In this document: in pieces, positions 28,695 to 37,707 of the stretch
Numbering within the stretch: position 1 is the first letter of the stretch
Layout: each line of letters begins with the position of its first letter
Virus record (IMG/VR): IMGVR_UViG_3300020183_000033
Location: 1-64,000 of that record
DNA: 64,000 nt
Source: a virus
Direction: 5' to 3' (one strand)
Position numbers and translations under genes: made by a program
Notes under the pieces: generated by a model
What the model was told of the DNA's origin: nothing
Seen by the model: only the letters and a program-made list of their open reading frames with translations
The model's database searches: none

Positions 28695-30410
28695 ATGATC
28701 ACATTTGAAGAACTAAAATGGTGCAATTTCCTCTCTACTGGAAACAAGTTTAACACCATCAACCTAAACGACAAGAAGACAAATCTTATCGTCGGAACGA
28801 ACGGAATGGGTAAGTCGACGATCCTCGATGCCATTACGTTTGTTCTGTTTAACAAGCCTTTCCGAAAGATCAATCTTCCTCAGCTGGTGAATACAGTAAA
28901 TAACCGAGACTGTATTGTAGAGATCTCGTTTAGTACTGGAGCGAACTCTTATCGAATCGTTCGTGGCCTAAAGCCAAAGGTCTTTGAAATCTGGGAGAAC
29001 GACAAGATGCTGCAACAAGACGCAGCTATTCGAGACTATCAGGAATACCTTGAAAACCATATCCTGAAGATGAACTACAAGGCATTTACCCAGATCGTTG
29101 TGATCGGTAACGCAACGTATCAGCCGTTTATGAAGTTGTCTCCACACGATCGTAGAAACATCGTAGAGACGTTTCTTGATATCGACATCTTCACCAAGAT
29201 GAACTCGATCCTGAAGTCAAAGATCACTGAGACAAAGGAAAGAATCAACGACGTTTCCTATAAGTACGACCTCTCTCATGAGAAGATCAAGATGGCTCAG
29301 ACTATCCTTTCTAGCTCTGAAGAATCCATTCAGAAAAAGATCTCAGACAACAACTCCGAGATCGAAAGGAAAGAGGTGGCGATCGCTGTAAAGAACAAGC
29401 AGATCTCTGACCTGAACGACGAGATTACTTCTATTGTATTCAATCAGGAACAGACGAACAAGGTACAGGAAAAAATCAATAAACTAAACGAATACCTGAC
29501 TACGTTTAAGACAAAGAAGAAAACAACCGAGAAGGAGATTCAGTTCCTTGAGGCAAATGATTCTTGTGGTACATGTAAGCAGGTGATTGATCCTGAGTTC
29601 AAGGAAAAGAACCTGACGGAAAAACGGGAAACGGCTACAAAGCTTGAAGGAGTTATTAAGCAAGCTCAGGACGAGATCACGAAGACAAATAATACTCTGA
29701 ACTCATACCTCGAGAACCTCGAAGAAATCAAGTCCAGAAAGTCTCAGATCGATCGAGTAAAGATTGATCTAGGTTATCTACAGAAGGATATTGATCGTAT
29801 TGTAAACGAGAATGCTGCTCTTCTAAAGGAAAAGAAAGACAACCTAGAAAAGAACAAAGAAGAGTATCAGGTGCTTTTGGACGAGAACAAATCACTCTCG
29901 GATGCACGCGATAATCTACTATCCGAGCAACATCTGCATTCGATTGCTGCCGTTCTCTTAAAGGACGATGGTATCAAGACAAAGATCATCAAGTATTATC
30001 TGCCGTTGATGAACAAGTTGATCAACAAGTATCTACATCACCTGGACTTCTATATCAACTATACGTTGGACGAGAACTTCGAGGAAAAGGTAAAGACTCC
30101 TTCGCGGGATTCCTTTACATACAACTCCTTCTCGGAAGGCGAGAAGCTACGAGTTGACTTAGCTATTCTGTTCGCTTGGCGGGAAATAGCTAAGTCTAAG
30201 AACTCAACAAATACCAATCTATTGTTGCTGGACGAAGTGTTTGATTCATCCCTTGACAACTCAGGGATCGACGACTTCCTTCGTATCCTTGATGTTCTGA
30301 CAGAAGACACCAACGTGTTCGTGATCTCTCATAAGGGTGACTCACTGTTCGACAAGTTCACGAATGTAATTCGGTTCGAGAAGGTAAACGGTTTCTCTAA
30401 GATTATGTGA
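28695..30410 (+). CDS. gp46: Recombination ATPase subunit (Rad50/SbcC-like)
   Basis: GTNGMGKS, CGTC hook, FSEGE signature, LLDEVFDSSLD. Confidence 0.95.
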   Translation: MITFEELKWCNFLSTGNKFNTINLNDKKTNLIVGTNGMGKSTILDAITFVLFNKPFRKINLPQLVNTVNNRDCIVEISFSTGANSYRIVRGLKPKVFEIWENDKMLQQDAAIRDYQEYLENHILKMNYKAFTQIVVIGNATYQPFMKLSPHDRRNIVETFLDIDIFTKMNSILKSKITETKERINDVSYKYDLSHEKIKMAQTILSSSEESIQKKISDNNSEIERKEVAIAVKNKQISDLNDEITSIVFNQEQTNKVQEKINKLNEYLTTFKTKKKTTEKEIQFLEANDSCGTCKQVIDPEFKEKNLTEKRETATKLEGVIKQAQDEITKTNNTLNSYLENLEEIKSRKSQIDRVKIDLGYLQKDIDRIVNENAALLKEKKDNLEKNKEEYQVLLDENKSLSDARDNLLSEQHLHSIAAVLLKDDGIKTKIIKYYLPLMNKLINKYLHHLDFYINYTLDENFEEKVKTPSRDSFTYNSFSEGEKLRVDLAILFAWREIAKSKNSTNTNLLLLDEVFDSSLDNSGIDDFLRILDVLTEDTNVFVISHKGDSLFDKFTNVIRFEKVNGFSKIM

Positions 30411-30651
30411 GGAACTTCTCTAGGCTACCGTCGTCAATCGGACCCTTCTGGACTACCTTGCCGTTGACCATGGAATACCATTCCTTCCCAGATAAATCAA
30501 TCAAAACTTGATCTGATTCGTCTTCTTTATTTGTGTAAGTAACATGGCCGTCGGCTCCTACAGCTGGACGGCCATAGCCATGATTTGCCATCAAAGCATC
30601 TAGTTCTTTTCTGTTGGCTTGCTCGTTAATAAAGTTGTTAAATGAGTACAT
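30403..30651 (-). CDS. Small putative capsid-internal protein
   Basis: MYSFNNFINE capsid-targeting-like N-terminus. Confidence 0.55.
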   Translation of the reverse strand: MYSFNNFINEQANRKELDALMANHGYGRPAVGADGHVTYTNKEDESDQVLIDLSGKEWYSMVNGKVVQKGPIDDGSLEKFLT

Positions 30652-30663
30652 AGTTCCTTTTCC

Positions 30664-31686
30664 TTATAGAATCTGACTAAGCATAATAGACATCGTATTT
30701 CCTCTAGTCCTCACGTAAGGTTCCTTCTTGAAGAAGTATTCTCCCCTTTTATTCCAATCCATTACAATAAAGTCTCCGTCTTCCACTTCATCCAAAGACA
30801 AGGCATTGGATATTGGTTGCACCAATTCTTTTTCTAGAACCCTCTTTAAGTTTCTAGCGCCATATTCAACCGAATAACCTGCGTCCACAATCTTTTCTTT
30901 GGCTAATTTGGTTACACCGAGGAACACCTTTTTCATTTCGCAATGGAAAAGTCTTTCTTGAATTTCCATCAGTTCGAGATCGAAAATTCTCTCCACGTCT
31001 TTTCGTACCAGCTGTTTAAACACAACGATCTTATCAATACGATTGATAAATTCAGGAAGAAAAATTTTCTTAATTTCCTTTATTATAACTGTTTCGCGTT
31101 CTGTTGCAGAAAGAATCTTCTTAGTAAATCCAATAGTATTTTCTTCTGTCTCGATTTTTCTAACGCCAATGTTGCAGGTCATAAAAATAAAGCAGTTTAC
31201 AAACGAAACATCAACGTTTGAGTTCGTGGTTACAGTAGCCGTGTCTAAAATTCCAAGAAGCATATTAAACATAGAAGGAGAAGCCTTTTCGATTTCGTCA
31301 AAAAGGATTACATTTGGCTTTCCTTTGATCTGAATACGCTCCTTAGATAGCAAAGGTTTTGTGTCTCCGTGACCCACGTATCCTGGGGGGGCGCCTAGAA
31401 GCTTCGACAATTCATGGTGTTGCTGCAATTCACCGCAATTTATCACAACAGGATCGACATCAAAGTAGTTTCCGATTTCTTGAACAATTTTTGTCTTTCC
31501 TGTTCCTGTCGGGCCAGCGAAAAGGAAATTAAACAAAGGCTTTTTGGGGTTGTTTAATCCCACGAAGTAACGCTGAGATCCATTACAGATCTCTTTGATT
31601 GCTTCGTCCTGCGAAATCACTTTTGACTTTAGGTACTCAGATAAACGCCTGGCTTCGCCATTAAGATTTTTGCAGTCAAGTACCAT
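30664..31686 (-). CDS. Single-ring Clp/Hsp100 ATPase (ClpA/B D2-only)
   Basis: GPTGTGKT, GAPPGYVG pore loop, LFDEIEK, PEFINRID, YGARNLKR; IGF tripeptide; RBS CAGGAGG before ATG 31686. Confidence 0.88.
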   Translation of the reverse strand: MVLDCKNLNGEARRLSEYLKSKVISQDEAIKEICNGSQRYFVGLNNPKKPLFNFLFAGPTGTGKTKIVQEIGNYFDVDPVVINCGELQQHHELSKLLGAPPGYVGHGDTKPLLSKERIQIKGKPNVILFDEIEKASPSMFNMLLGILDTATVTTNSNVDVSFVNCFIFMTCNIGVRKIETEENTIGFTKKILSATERETVIIKEIKKIFLPEFINRIDKIVVFKQLVRKDVERIFDLELMEIQERLFHCEMKKVFLGVTKLAKEKIVDAGYSVEYGARNLKRVLEKELVQPISNALSLDEVEDGDFIVMDWNKRGEYFFKKEPYVRTRGNTMSIMLSQIL

Positions 31687-31722
31687 CAAGAAACAGCCTC
31701 CTGACGTATTTATGGGCAAAGC

Positions 31723-31748
31723 AAAAGGCTCTCCGAAGCGAGCCTTTT
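31723..31748 (-). terminator. Terminator hairpin after tmRNA
   Basis: AAAAGGCTC-GCTTCGGA-GAGCCTTTT. Confidence 0.75.
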
Positions 31749-31749
31749 G

Positions 31750-32010
31750 GATTCTTTCTGTTTCCGAGTGAATCGTACTCAGCTTTAGCTACCGCTCAGG
31801 CAGCATATGCATAGGCAACGTTATTGTTGGCCTTTATGTGTTTCCGCTGTTATACAGTAGTCGGCTACTGGAAATCTCCTCTCCTCTATTCCCGCCAATC
31901 GAAACTTGACACCCCCCACAAATTTCCACTCCAGAACTAGCGAATGAAAATTTGGAGGTGGTGGCATTGCAGCCACGTCTTGACAGTAGTCGAATCGGAT
32001 CAACGATTCC
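31750..32010 (-). ncRNA. ssrA: Circularly permuted (two-piece) tmRNA, tag ANNNVAYAYAA
   Basis: Minus strand order: T arm + CACCTCC-A (31960-31953), hairpin spacer, GGGGGTG...TTTCGA (from 31916), tag ORF 31831-31796; G3.U70 pair; outer ends approximate. Confidence 0.85.
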
Positions 32011-32042
32011 AATTCTATTTATAATCCGAAAATTTCAAATTA

Positions 32043-32249
32043 CTAAATAGTAGCAGGAGTAGAAAGTGTACCACCATAATAACTCCTGCGATTAAAACCA
32101 ACTTCCTTGGTAGATTCTATCCAAGCAGCATAGCCTTCTTCTAAGAGGGATTTCGCCGCTGAGACTACGGTTTTATTATACTCATCATAATAATGAGGTA
32201 CACTACCAGTGGCAACATGTACTGGAATATCAATTGGTTTCTTAGGCAT
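32043..32249 (-). CDS. Hypothetical protein
   Basis: ORF translationally coupled to the upstream gene. Confidence 0.5.
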   Translation of the reverse strand: MPKKPIDIPVHVATGSVPHYYDEYNKTVVSAAKSLLEEGYAAWIESTKEVGFNRRSYYGGTLSTPATI

Positions 32250-32904
32250 TCACGATTCCTTTCAGGACCATCCATTCTTTCACGAATTTCAAAATTAGAC
32301 CATACTCTTCAATTTGTTCAGGAGAGTAGGCGTTATCAATACCAATCTGATTATAGTTAGATAACCAGTCATCAATGTGAAATTTTTGACCCCCAATAAC
32401 AACGTTTCCTTCTTGGTCAGTGACACTGATATGGTGAACAGTTCCTGTTAGGAATAGGGGAGTAGTTTTCCATTCGCCTCCTGACAACACACCAACAACT
32501 TTTGTGTTGCCATAAACCATTGCGTCACCGAAGACCATTGCGTTGCCATAGACACATGCGTTGTCAAAGACCCTTGCGGTGCCAGAGACCCATGCGTTGC
32601 CAGAGACACATGCGTTGCCATAGACACATGCGTTGTCAGAGACCCTTGCGGTGCCAGAGACCCATGCGTTGCCATAGACACATGCGGTGTCAGAGACCCT
32701 TGCGGTGCCATAGACACATGCGGTGTCAGAGACCCTTGCGGTGCCAGAGACCCTTGCGTTGTCATAGATCAACGCATTTGGCCCCACGAAAGCTGTGTCG
32801 TCTACAGTAGCGGTGTTCTTGACCCAACCTCCACCATTAGAGTGTTGATGCCAAGTTTCTTCTGTGGCATCGGGAAATAGCAATTGTAATTCTTGTAGTG
32901 TCAT
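32242..32904 (-). CDS. Hexapeptide-repeat (left-handed beta-helix-like) protein
   Basis: About 14 repeats of [GD][NT]AxV[SYF]; 18-bp DNA repeats at ~32520-32765. Confidence 0.75.
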   Translation of the reverse strand: MTLQELQLLFPDATEETWHQHSNGGGWVKNTATVDDTAFVGPNALIYDNARVSGTARVSDTACVYGTARVSDTACVYGNAWVSGTARVSDNACVYGNACVSGNAWVSGTARVFDNACVYGNAMVFGDAMVYGNTKVVGVLSGGEWKTTPLFLTGTVHHISVTDQEGNVVIGGQKFHIDDWLSNYNQIGIDNAYSPEQIEEYGLILKFVKEWMVLKGIVNA

Positions 32905-33147
32905 TTTGTAATCTTTATTAATTCAGAACTCAACCGTCGAAACTCTTCAGGGTTCTTATCTGTCATGGCTTGGTAGATCTTCTCTAGTATGTCTGAAACT
33001 TTCAGGTAATCAGCATACTCTTCTTGAGACATCCAGTTGAATGGTACGGTCATGGTTAATCTCTTTCAATATTGAATTCTTTTTTAGACAGCACTGCCAT
33101 TTCATAGAACGCATCAGAACGCATCTGATTGAATTCTTTTTCTTTCA

Positions 33148-33609
33148 TCAGAAGATGACCTGAATCCAGTCTTCTTGGGGTTGCGGTGTTTGTTGTTTCA
33201 TCGGCCTAACGACGAGTCTTACTATCGATATGTCTAAGTCAGATTTATATTGATTAACAGTAAAATTCTTTGTTGCAATAAAGTACTCGCCTCCTTTGAC
33301 CTCTCTAGGAGTCTCGCTGACCAGTTCCCATTGATTATCCAGATTTGATTTGATCTCTTCCAAAGTCTTCCCATAGATTTCAAACACTGGATCTTTCTTC
33401 CCTAGCAGGACTAGACGGGGAGCATCATACTGACTCATCTGCAACGCAGATTTCAATTCTTCACCCGCCAAAGTGACAAATGTCTCATCCCGTTTCGGGG
33501 GACGGAATTCGCAGTGATAATTTGGAATATAATACTCTTGAATTTTCTTGAGTACTTCTCCTTCATAAACTTGTTCAATTTTGATATCTTGGGTGTAGAT
33601 GAGGTTCAT
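33148..33609 (-). CDS. Hypothetical protein
   Basis: AAGGA RBS, 153 aa ORF. Confidence 0.6.
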   Translation of the reverse strand: MNLIYTQDIKIEQVYEGEVLKKIQEYYIPNYHCEFRPPKRDETFVTLAGEELKSALQMSQYDAPRLVLLGKKDPVFEIYGKTLEEIKSNLDNQWELVSETPREVKGGEYFIATKNFTVNQYKSDLDISIVRLVVRPMKQQTPQPQEDWIQVIF

Positions 33610-33639
33610 GATATATTTCCTTAGTCGTTGTGGTGTGGG

Positions 33640-34359
33640 TTAGGAACGAAGCCATTCCGTTTGTAGAACCGCAGATGACCCGCGGGTCATCTGCCTTAAA
33701 GGCACGCCATTCGCTCTGAGGATCTTGACCACATTTGAACCACGCCATTGGCAACCGAACCTCGTTAGGATTCCTTCCCTGTTCAACTCTGTAGCGATAC
33801 GGTTGGCGGTGTACTTCGGCTTCTTAATGTCTGTCAGGATTCGCTTGAGAATCTCTTCTTCCCCGTCTTTTTCGCCGTAGGTCTTTCTTCCTTCGCACTT
33901 CCCTTTTTTGACCCTTTGCCGCACCCTGGCTCCTCGCAGCTTAAGAACCAGCATTTCCTTTTCGTATTGATGGAAAGCTCCGAGAACAGTCCTCATCATC
34001 TTTCTAGATGGATCATCAGAAGCGAGATCGGGTTCTTGAACGGAGATGACCTGTATGCCTCTGGTTTTGAAATCCCGAAGAATGGATTCCTGAACGAACT
34101 GATCCCTAGCCAGTCGGCTGAGATTCTCTACAAGAACCGTTTTCGTTCCATTGGCTAAGAGAGCCTCCAGCAATTGAGTGAAGACGGGTCGTTGAAGGGG
34201 AAAGGTCGTTCCGCTAACAACTTCCTCGTAGATTGTTCCTAAACGGAGCTTGTTGGTTTTTGCGTAGTCCTGGATGGCTTTCCTCTGCCTTTCAAAGCCA
34301 TCGCCGCCTTCTTGCCCCTTTGAGCTCACTCTGAGGTATCCAAACGCCTTTTCGTTCAT
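33640..34359 (-). CDS. Serine recombinase (resolvase/invertase family)
   Basis: GYLRVSS catalytic motif, VSG, RP.F, ENLSRLARD; C-terminal DNA-binding region. Confidence 0.9.
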   Translation of the reverse strand: MNEKAFGYLRVSSKGQEGGDGFERQRKAIQDYAKTNKLRLGTIYEEVVSGTTFPLQRPVFTQLLEALLANGTKTVLVENLSRLARDQFVQESILRDFKTRGIQVISVQEPDLASDDPSRKMMRTVLGAFHQYEKEMLVLKLRGARVRQRVKKGKCEGRKTYGEKDGEEEILKRILTDIKKPKYTANRIATELNREGILTRFGCQWRGSNVVKILRANGVPLRQMTRGSSAVLQTEWLRS

Positions 34360-34520
34360 AGAGCAACTGTACTCTTAACCTCGCCAAAAGTAAACGCATC
34401 CCGCGAAGCCTGGACCTGCTGGCCTTGGGTTTTTGCGGCAACAAAGCCAACAGGCATCGTCAGTAGACCAGAACCATAAAAAGTCAATGCAGGGGCGTCA
34501 GGGTTAAAGTGGGTTTTCAT
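34356..34520 (-). CDS. Small hypothetical early protein
   Basis: MKTHFNPDAP...; leader GTTCTATAAGGTTGATTGA identical to that of ORF 18773. Confidence 0.5.
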   Translation of the reverse strand: MKTHFNPDAPALTFYGSGLLTMPVGFVAAKTQGQQVQASRDAFTFGEVKSTVAL

Positions 34521-34647
34521 ATCAATCAACCTTATAGAACTAGTATAGCGCGAAGTCGCAAAAAAGGCTAGAACTTTGTTCGCTTTAAAATCAACAACTT
34601 TTAGCTAAGTCTTTGATTCTAAAGAAAATCTTTTTTTCTCGTGCGCG
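34521..34647 (-). promoter_or_regulatory. Early promoter with palindromic IHF-like element
   Basis: CTTTAAAATCA-N20-TGATTCTAAAG (34583-34624), TATACT -10 on the minus strand. Confidence 0.7.
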
Positions 34648-35850
34648 TTACAGTTCCAATTCTTGGTCGTAGGCGGCAAGTTCGGCGAGGACGGCCCGTC
34701 GTGCGGCTTCCGCGCGACGTTTATAGGCCAAACTTAAGCTTGCCGACGATTTCGAATCAATAAACGAAATTATCGTTTCGTTTTTCTGACGCATGATCCA
34801 TTCTTGAGCCGAGACAGCCTTCCAACGACGAGCGTAGAAAAACGATTTCCAAGGAGTGTTTGCGTACAACGACTCAATAGAAAGAGCGAACTCTTTACGA
34901 TCTTCCGTGAATGGAAGAGCCGTAAAAGAAGACTCCAACTCTGCTGCGAACGATTTTATACTCGATTCAATTTCTGTCAATCGAGAATGTAGATAGGGTA
35001 AATACGTTAAAACTTCAGTTAACTCGCCAGCGCGAATTATGTCAATTAAACTGTGGTCTAGGTTCGCGCGAGTCACAAGTGCATGAACGGCAACGTACTG
35101 GGGCGATTTCACTTTGATACGATTGAAATTGTTGTCAACCAATACGTATCCCTCAGAAGAATCAGGGGAGAGCGTTTTCGCTGCGTGTAAAATTTCTTCA
35201 ATGTTGTTTAACGAATAGCGACGAACCAACGCGAGGTTAGCTACCGTATCAATCGACAATTCCTGTAACGTCACGTTGTTTCGAACGCCAATCAAAGTAA
35301 GCGAACCATTGTTGCCGCTCTGGTTCGTGACGATCTGATTAAACTGAGAAGTCAATTCAAACATGTAGGTAAATTTTGGATTACACGATTTAAAAAAGTA
35401 GCCGTTGTCTCCAAAGACCTTCCAGAATAAAGCTCTGAACGTGAACTCATTTACTCCGACGTTTCCTCCAGCATCAGGAGAACCTTTTGTTGCCACCCAC
35501 CAGTTGCCGTCATAATGGTACATTATCATCAAAGACCCATCGAGTTTTTCCGCCACCTGAAAGTCATTCCAGTTAAACTGCTTCTCTCCTTCTGGGTATT
35601 CAGTGTAGTTAAAAAATCGGTTAAAGGGATACGCAACAACAGCCCAATCATTTGCGGAGTCAAGAATGACGCCGCGAGACTCAACAACAACAGGGTGAAA
35701 CCGATTGTTGTAACAATTGATTTGGTTGTAGGTGAACTGAACAAGATTTGTAAATTCTGGGTGAACCGTTGTATCAATTCCAAGTTGTCGAACTGCTTCG
35801 ATGCCTTTATCGCGAAGTAAAGCTTGAAGTTTAAGCGTTGGTGATAACAT
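34648..35850 (-). CDS. rnlA: RNA ligase 1 (T4 RnlA-like)
   Basis: ESRGVIL, PFNRFFN, EKLDGSL, FEL, EGYV, KVKS. Confidence 0.88.
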   Translation of the reverse strand: MLSPTLKLQALLRDKGIEAVRQLGIDTTVHPEFTNLVQFTYNQINCYNNRFHPVVVESRGVILDSANDWAVVAYPFNRFFNYTEYPEGEKQFNWNDFQVAEKLDGSLMIMYHYDGNWWVATKGSPDAGGNVGVNEFTFRALFWKVFGDNGYFFKSCNPKFTYMFELTSQFNQIVTNQSGNNGSLTLIGVRNNVTLQELSIDTVANLALVRRYSLNNIEEILHAAKTLSPDSSEGYVLVDNNFNRIKVKSPQYVAVHALVTRANLDHSLIDIIRAGELTEVLTYLPYLHSRLTEIESSIKSFAAELESSFTALPFTEDRKEFALSIESLYANTPWKSFFYARRWKAVSAQEWIMRQKNETIISFIDSKSSASLSLAYKRRAEAARRAVLAELAAYDQELEL

Positions 35851-35864
35851 TTCGCTTCCTTTAA

Positions 35865-36749
35865 TTAAAACTCGAAATCTAGAATGCCACAGTTAAACAC
35901 AGGAAGTTTAAGCACGTTCCAGCACTCTCTAATCACCTGAGGGCGATCTTCAAATACAGCAATAACGTTGTACTTCCCTTCGACGTTCTTTTTGTAGAGA
36001 TTTGTTTTAACAAGAGAATCCCGACGAGTATCACCTACAGTTCGCATGTGTAGCTCGAAATTTGTCAGGTTGCATTTATCGTGCAACCACTGGAAAGTAT
36101 CGTCGTAACAGGCAGTGCTACGGCCAGAAAACACAAAGAGTTTCGTGAAAGGATTTATTGCTAACATTCCTTTAACAGCCATAAGCACATGTCTACGAAC
36201 TGAGTCCTGGCCAACTAAAGACTCATCAAATGGGCTACGATTTCCCGAGTCTGCCAGAGTTCCATCGATATCAACAATTAAACAATCGGTTAGGTGATTC
36301 GGCTCGTAACTCGGGAGGGTACAGTTCTTTGCCATGTATTTGTTATACACATCCGAAATGACTTTTTGCCCAACACGCTTATGTTCTGGACGATTTTTGT
36401 CTCGCTTAACACACTCCCAATAGGACACATAGGTAAAGTCAACAAACTCAACCTCGTAACCCAGATCATCCAATAACTCCAACAGCTTCTGCAACGTCTT
36501 TGGATTTAAATGAGTGTTGTCAACAATAATGTTAAATCCGTTTTTCGCGCAATTTATGATCTGGCAAGTGCGTTCTTTGTGAACCCAATCCTGGATCTCT
36601 GGCGACCAATCGCGATGTCCTACAGTAGAATAAATTCTATCGCGGATCGCGTCGTCGTTGATAATGACTGCTTCCTTTTCCACTTGGTTTTTTTCAGCCC
36701 AGGTGGACTTACCAGAAGCTGGTAGCCCCTTTAAAACATAAGCTTTCAT
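35865..36749 (-). CDS. pseT: Polynucleotide 5'-kinase/3'-phosphatase
   Basis: GLPASGKS kinase plus DIDGT, SGR and EDR HAD phosphatase motifs. Confidence 0.92.
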   Translation of the reverse strand: MKAYVLKGLPASGKSTWAEKNQVEKEAVIINDDAIRDRIYSTVGHRDWSPEIQDWVHKERTCQIINCAKNGFNIIVDNTHLNPKTLQKLLELLDDLGYEVEFVDFTYVSYWECVKRDKNRPEHKRVGQKVISDVYNKYMAKNCTLPSYEPNHLTDCLIVDIDGTLADSGNRSPFDESLVGQDSVRRHVLMAVKGMLAINPFTKLFVFSGRSTACYDDTFQWLHDKCNLTNFELHMRTVGDTRRDSLVKTNLYKKNVEGKYNVIAVFEDRPQVIRECWNVLKLPVFNCGILDFEF

Positions 36750-36818
36750 ACAACTATATTATAACGCGACTAAAAGAAAAATACAAGAACTTTATTTACT
36801 TTAGAATCAATGACTCAA

Positions 36819-37400
36819 TCAACTAAATCCAGTAGCATCTGGTACAGTTAAAGGTTTAAATTTAACGAACCTACCAACGTTCCTCGTGTGAAGTGCACGC
36901 TCCACAATCTGTTTGCAGACATCTTCAAATAAGATCGGGGTGTAGTCGATTTTTTCTACACAAACATTTAAATAGCGAGTATCTTCTAAACTGTTTGTGT
37001 GGGTGTGTCCGTGAATGTTACAACCGAAGTGATATAGATTGGCTTCATGTACAGGAATGTGAGTCAGTAGAAAACCATTTATTAAATGAGAGCCACGAAT
37101 ATCGCGGAAGTATGGAGTGTAATCAGATAACTCGAAAATATCACGATTACCTCTGATAAGAACCTTATCGCCGTTTAATCGACTCAAAATCCGCAAAGAA
37201 TTTCTAGAAATCGCCACATCCCCTAAGTGATACACCTTGTCGTTTGGCCGCACGGTTTCGTTCCAGCGATCGACCATGAACTCGTCCATTTCTTCACCAG
37301 AAGAAAATGGACGCGCAGGAGAACCGTCTTGTAATTTAAATTTCGTACAAAGATTCTCATGACCGAAATGTGTATCACTTATTAACCAAACTGATGGCAC
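36819..37400 (-). CDS. Calcineurin-like metallophosphoesterase
   Basis: SDTHFGH, HLGD, GNRD (His replaced by Arg), HGHTH. Confidence 0.85.
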   Translation of the reverse strand: MPSVWLISDTHFGHENLCTKFKLQDGSPARPFSSGEEMDEFMVDRWNETVRPNDKVYHLGDVAISRNSLRILSRLNGDKVLIRGNRDIFELSDYTPYFRDIRGSHLINGFLLTHIPVHEANLYHFGCNIHGHTHTNSLEDTRYLNVCVEKIDYTPILFEDVCKQIVERALHTRNVGRFVKFKPLTVPDATGFS

Positions 37401-37491
37401 AAGTACTCCTCGAACAACAGACTTCTATAAAAGCTTACTGTATATTCATCATTACTATAACAAGAATCACGTAGCTTTTAGGTATAACATG

Positions 37492-37686
37492 TTAATCACT
37501 GCAACCTTTAATTATAAATTCTTTGAAATGATTGTATTTATTTAAACGAGTATTTTCGCTTTTAGGGATTATATCCACAAATTTAGCTGTCTGAGGACAA
37601 ACCGCAAGGAAATTTTCGACTTGTTCTTTTGTCATAACATTTTTCTCGTGAAACCAGTTTGGTTCGTCGTACGGTAAATTCGCCAT
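37492..37686 (-). CDS. Hypothetical small protein
   Basis: GAGG RBS. Confidence 0.5.
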   Translation of the reverse strand: MANLPYDEPNWFHEKNVMTKEQVENFLAVCPQTAKFVDIIPKSENTRLNKYNHFKEFIIKGCSD

Positions 37687-37707
37687 TGTTAACTAAACCT
37701 CTGTTGG

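Noticed and set aside
31821-32012. 63-aa minus-strand ORF
   Set aside because: Coincides with the tmRNA structure
32448-32810. Alternative-frame repeat ORFs (CQRPLR and APQGSL repeats)
   Set aside because: By-products of stop-free 18-bp repeats
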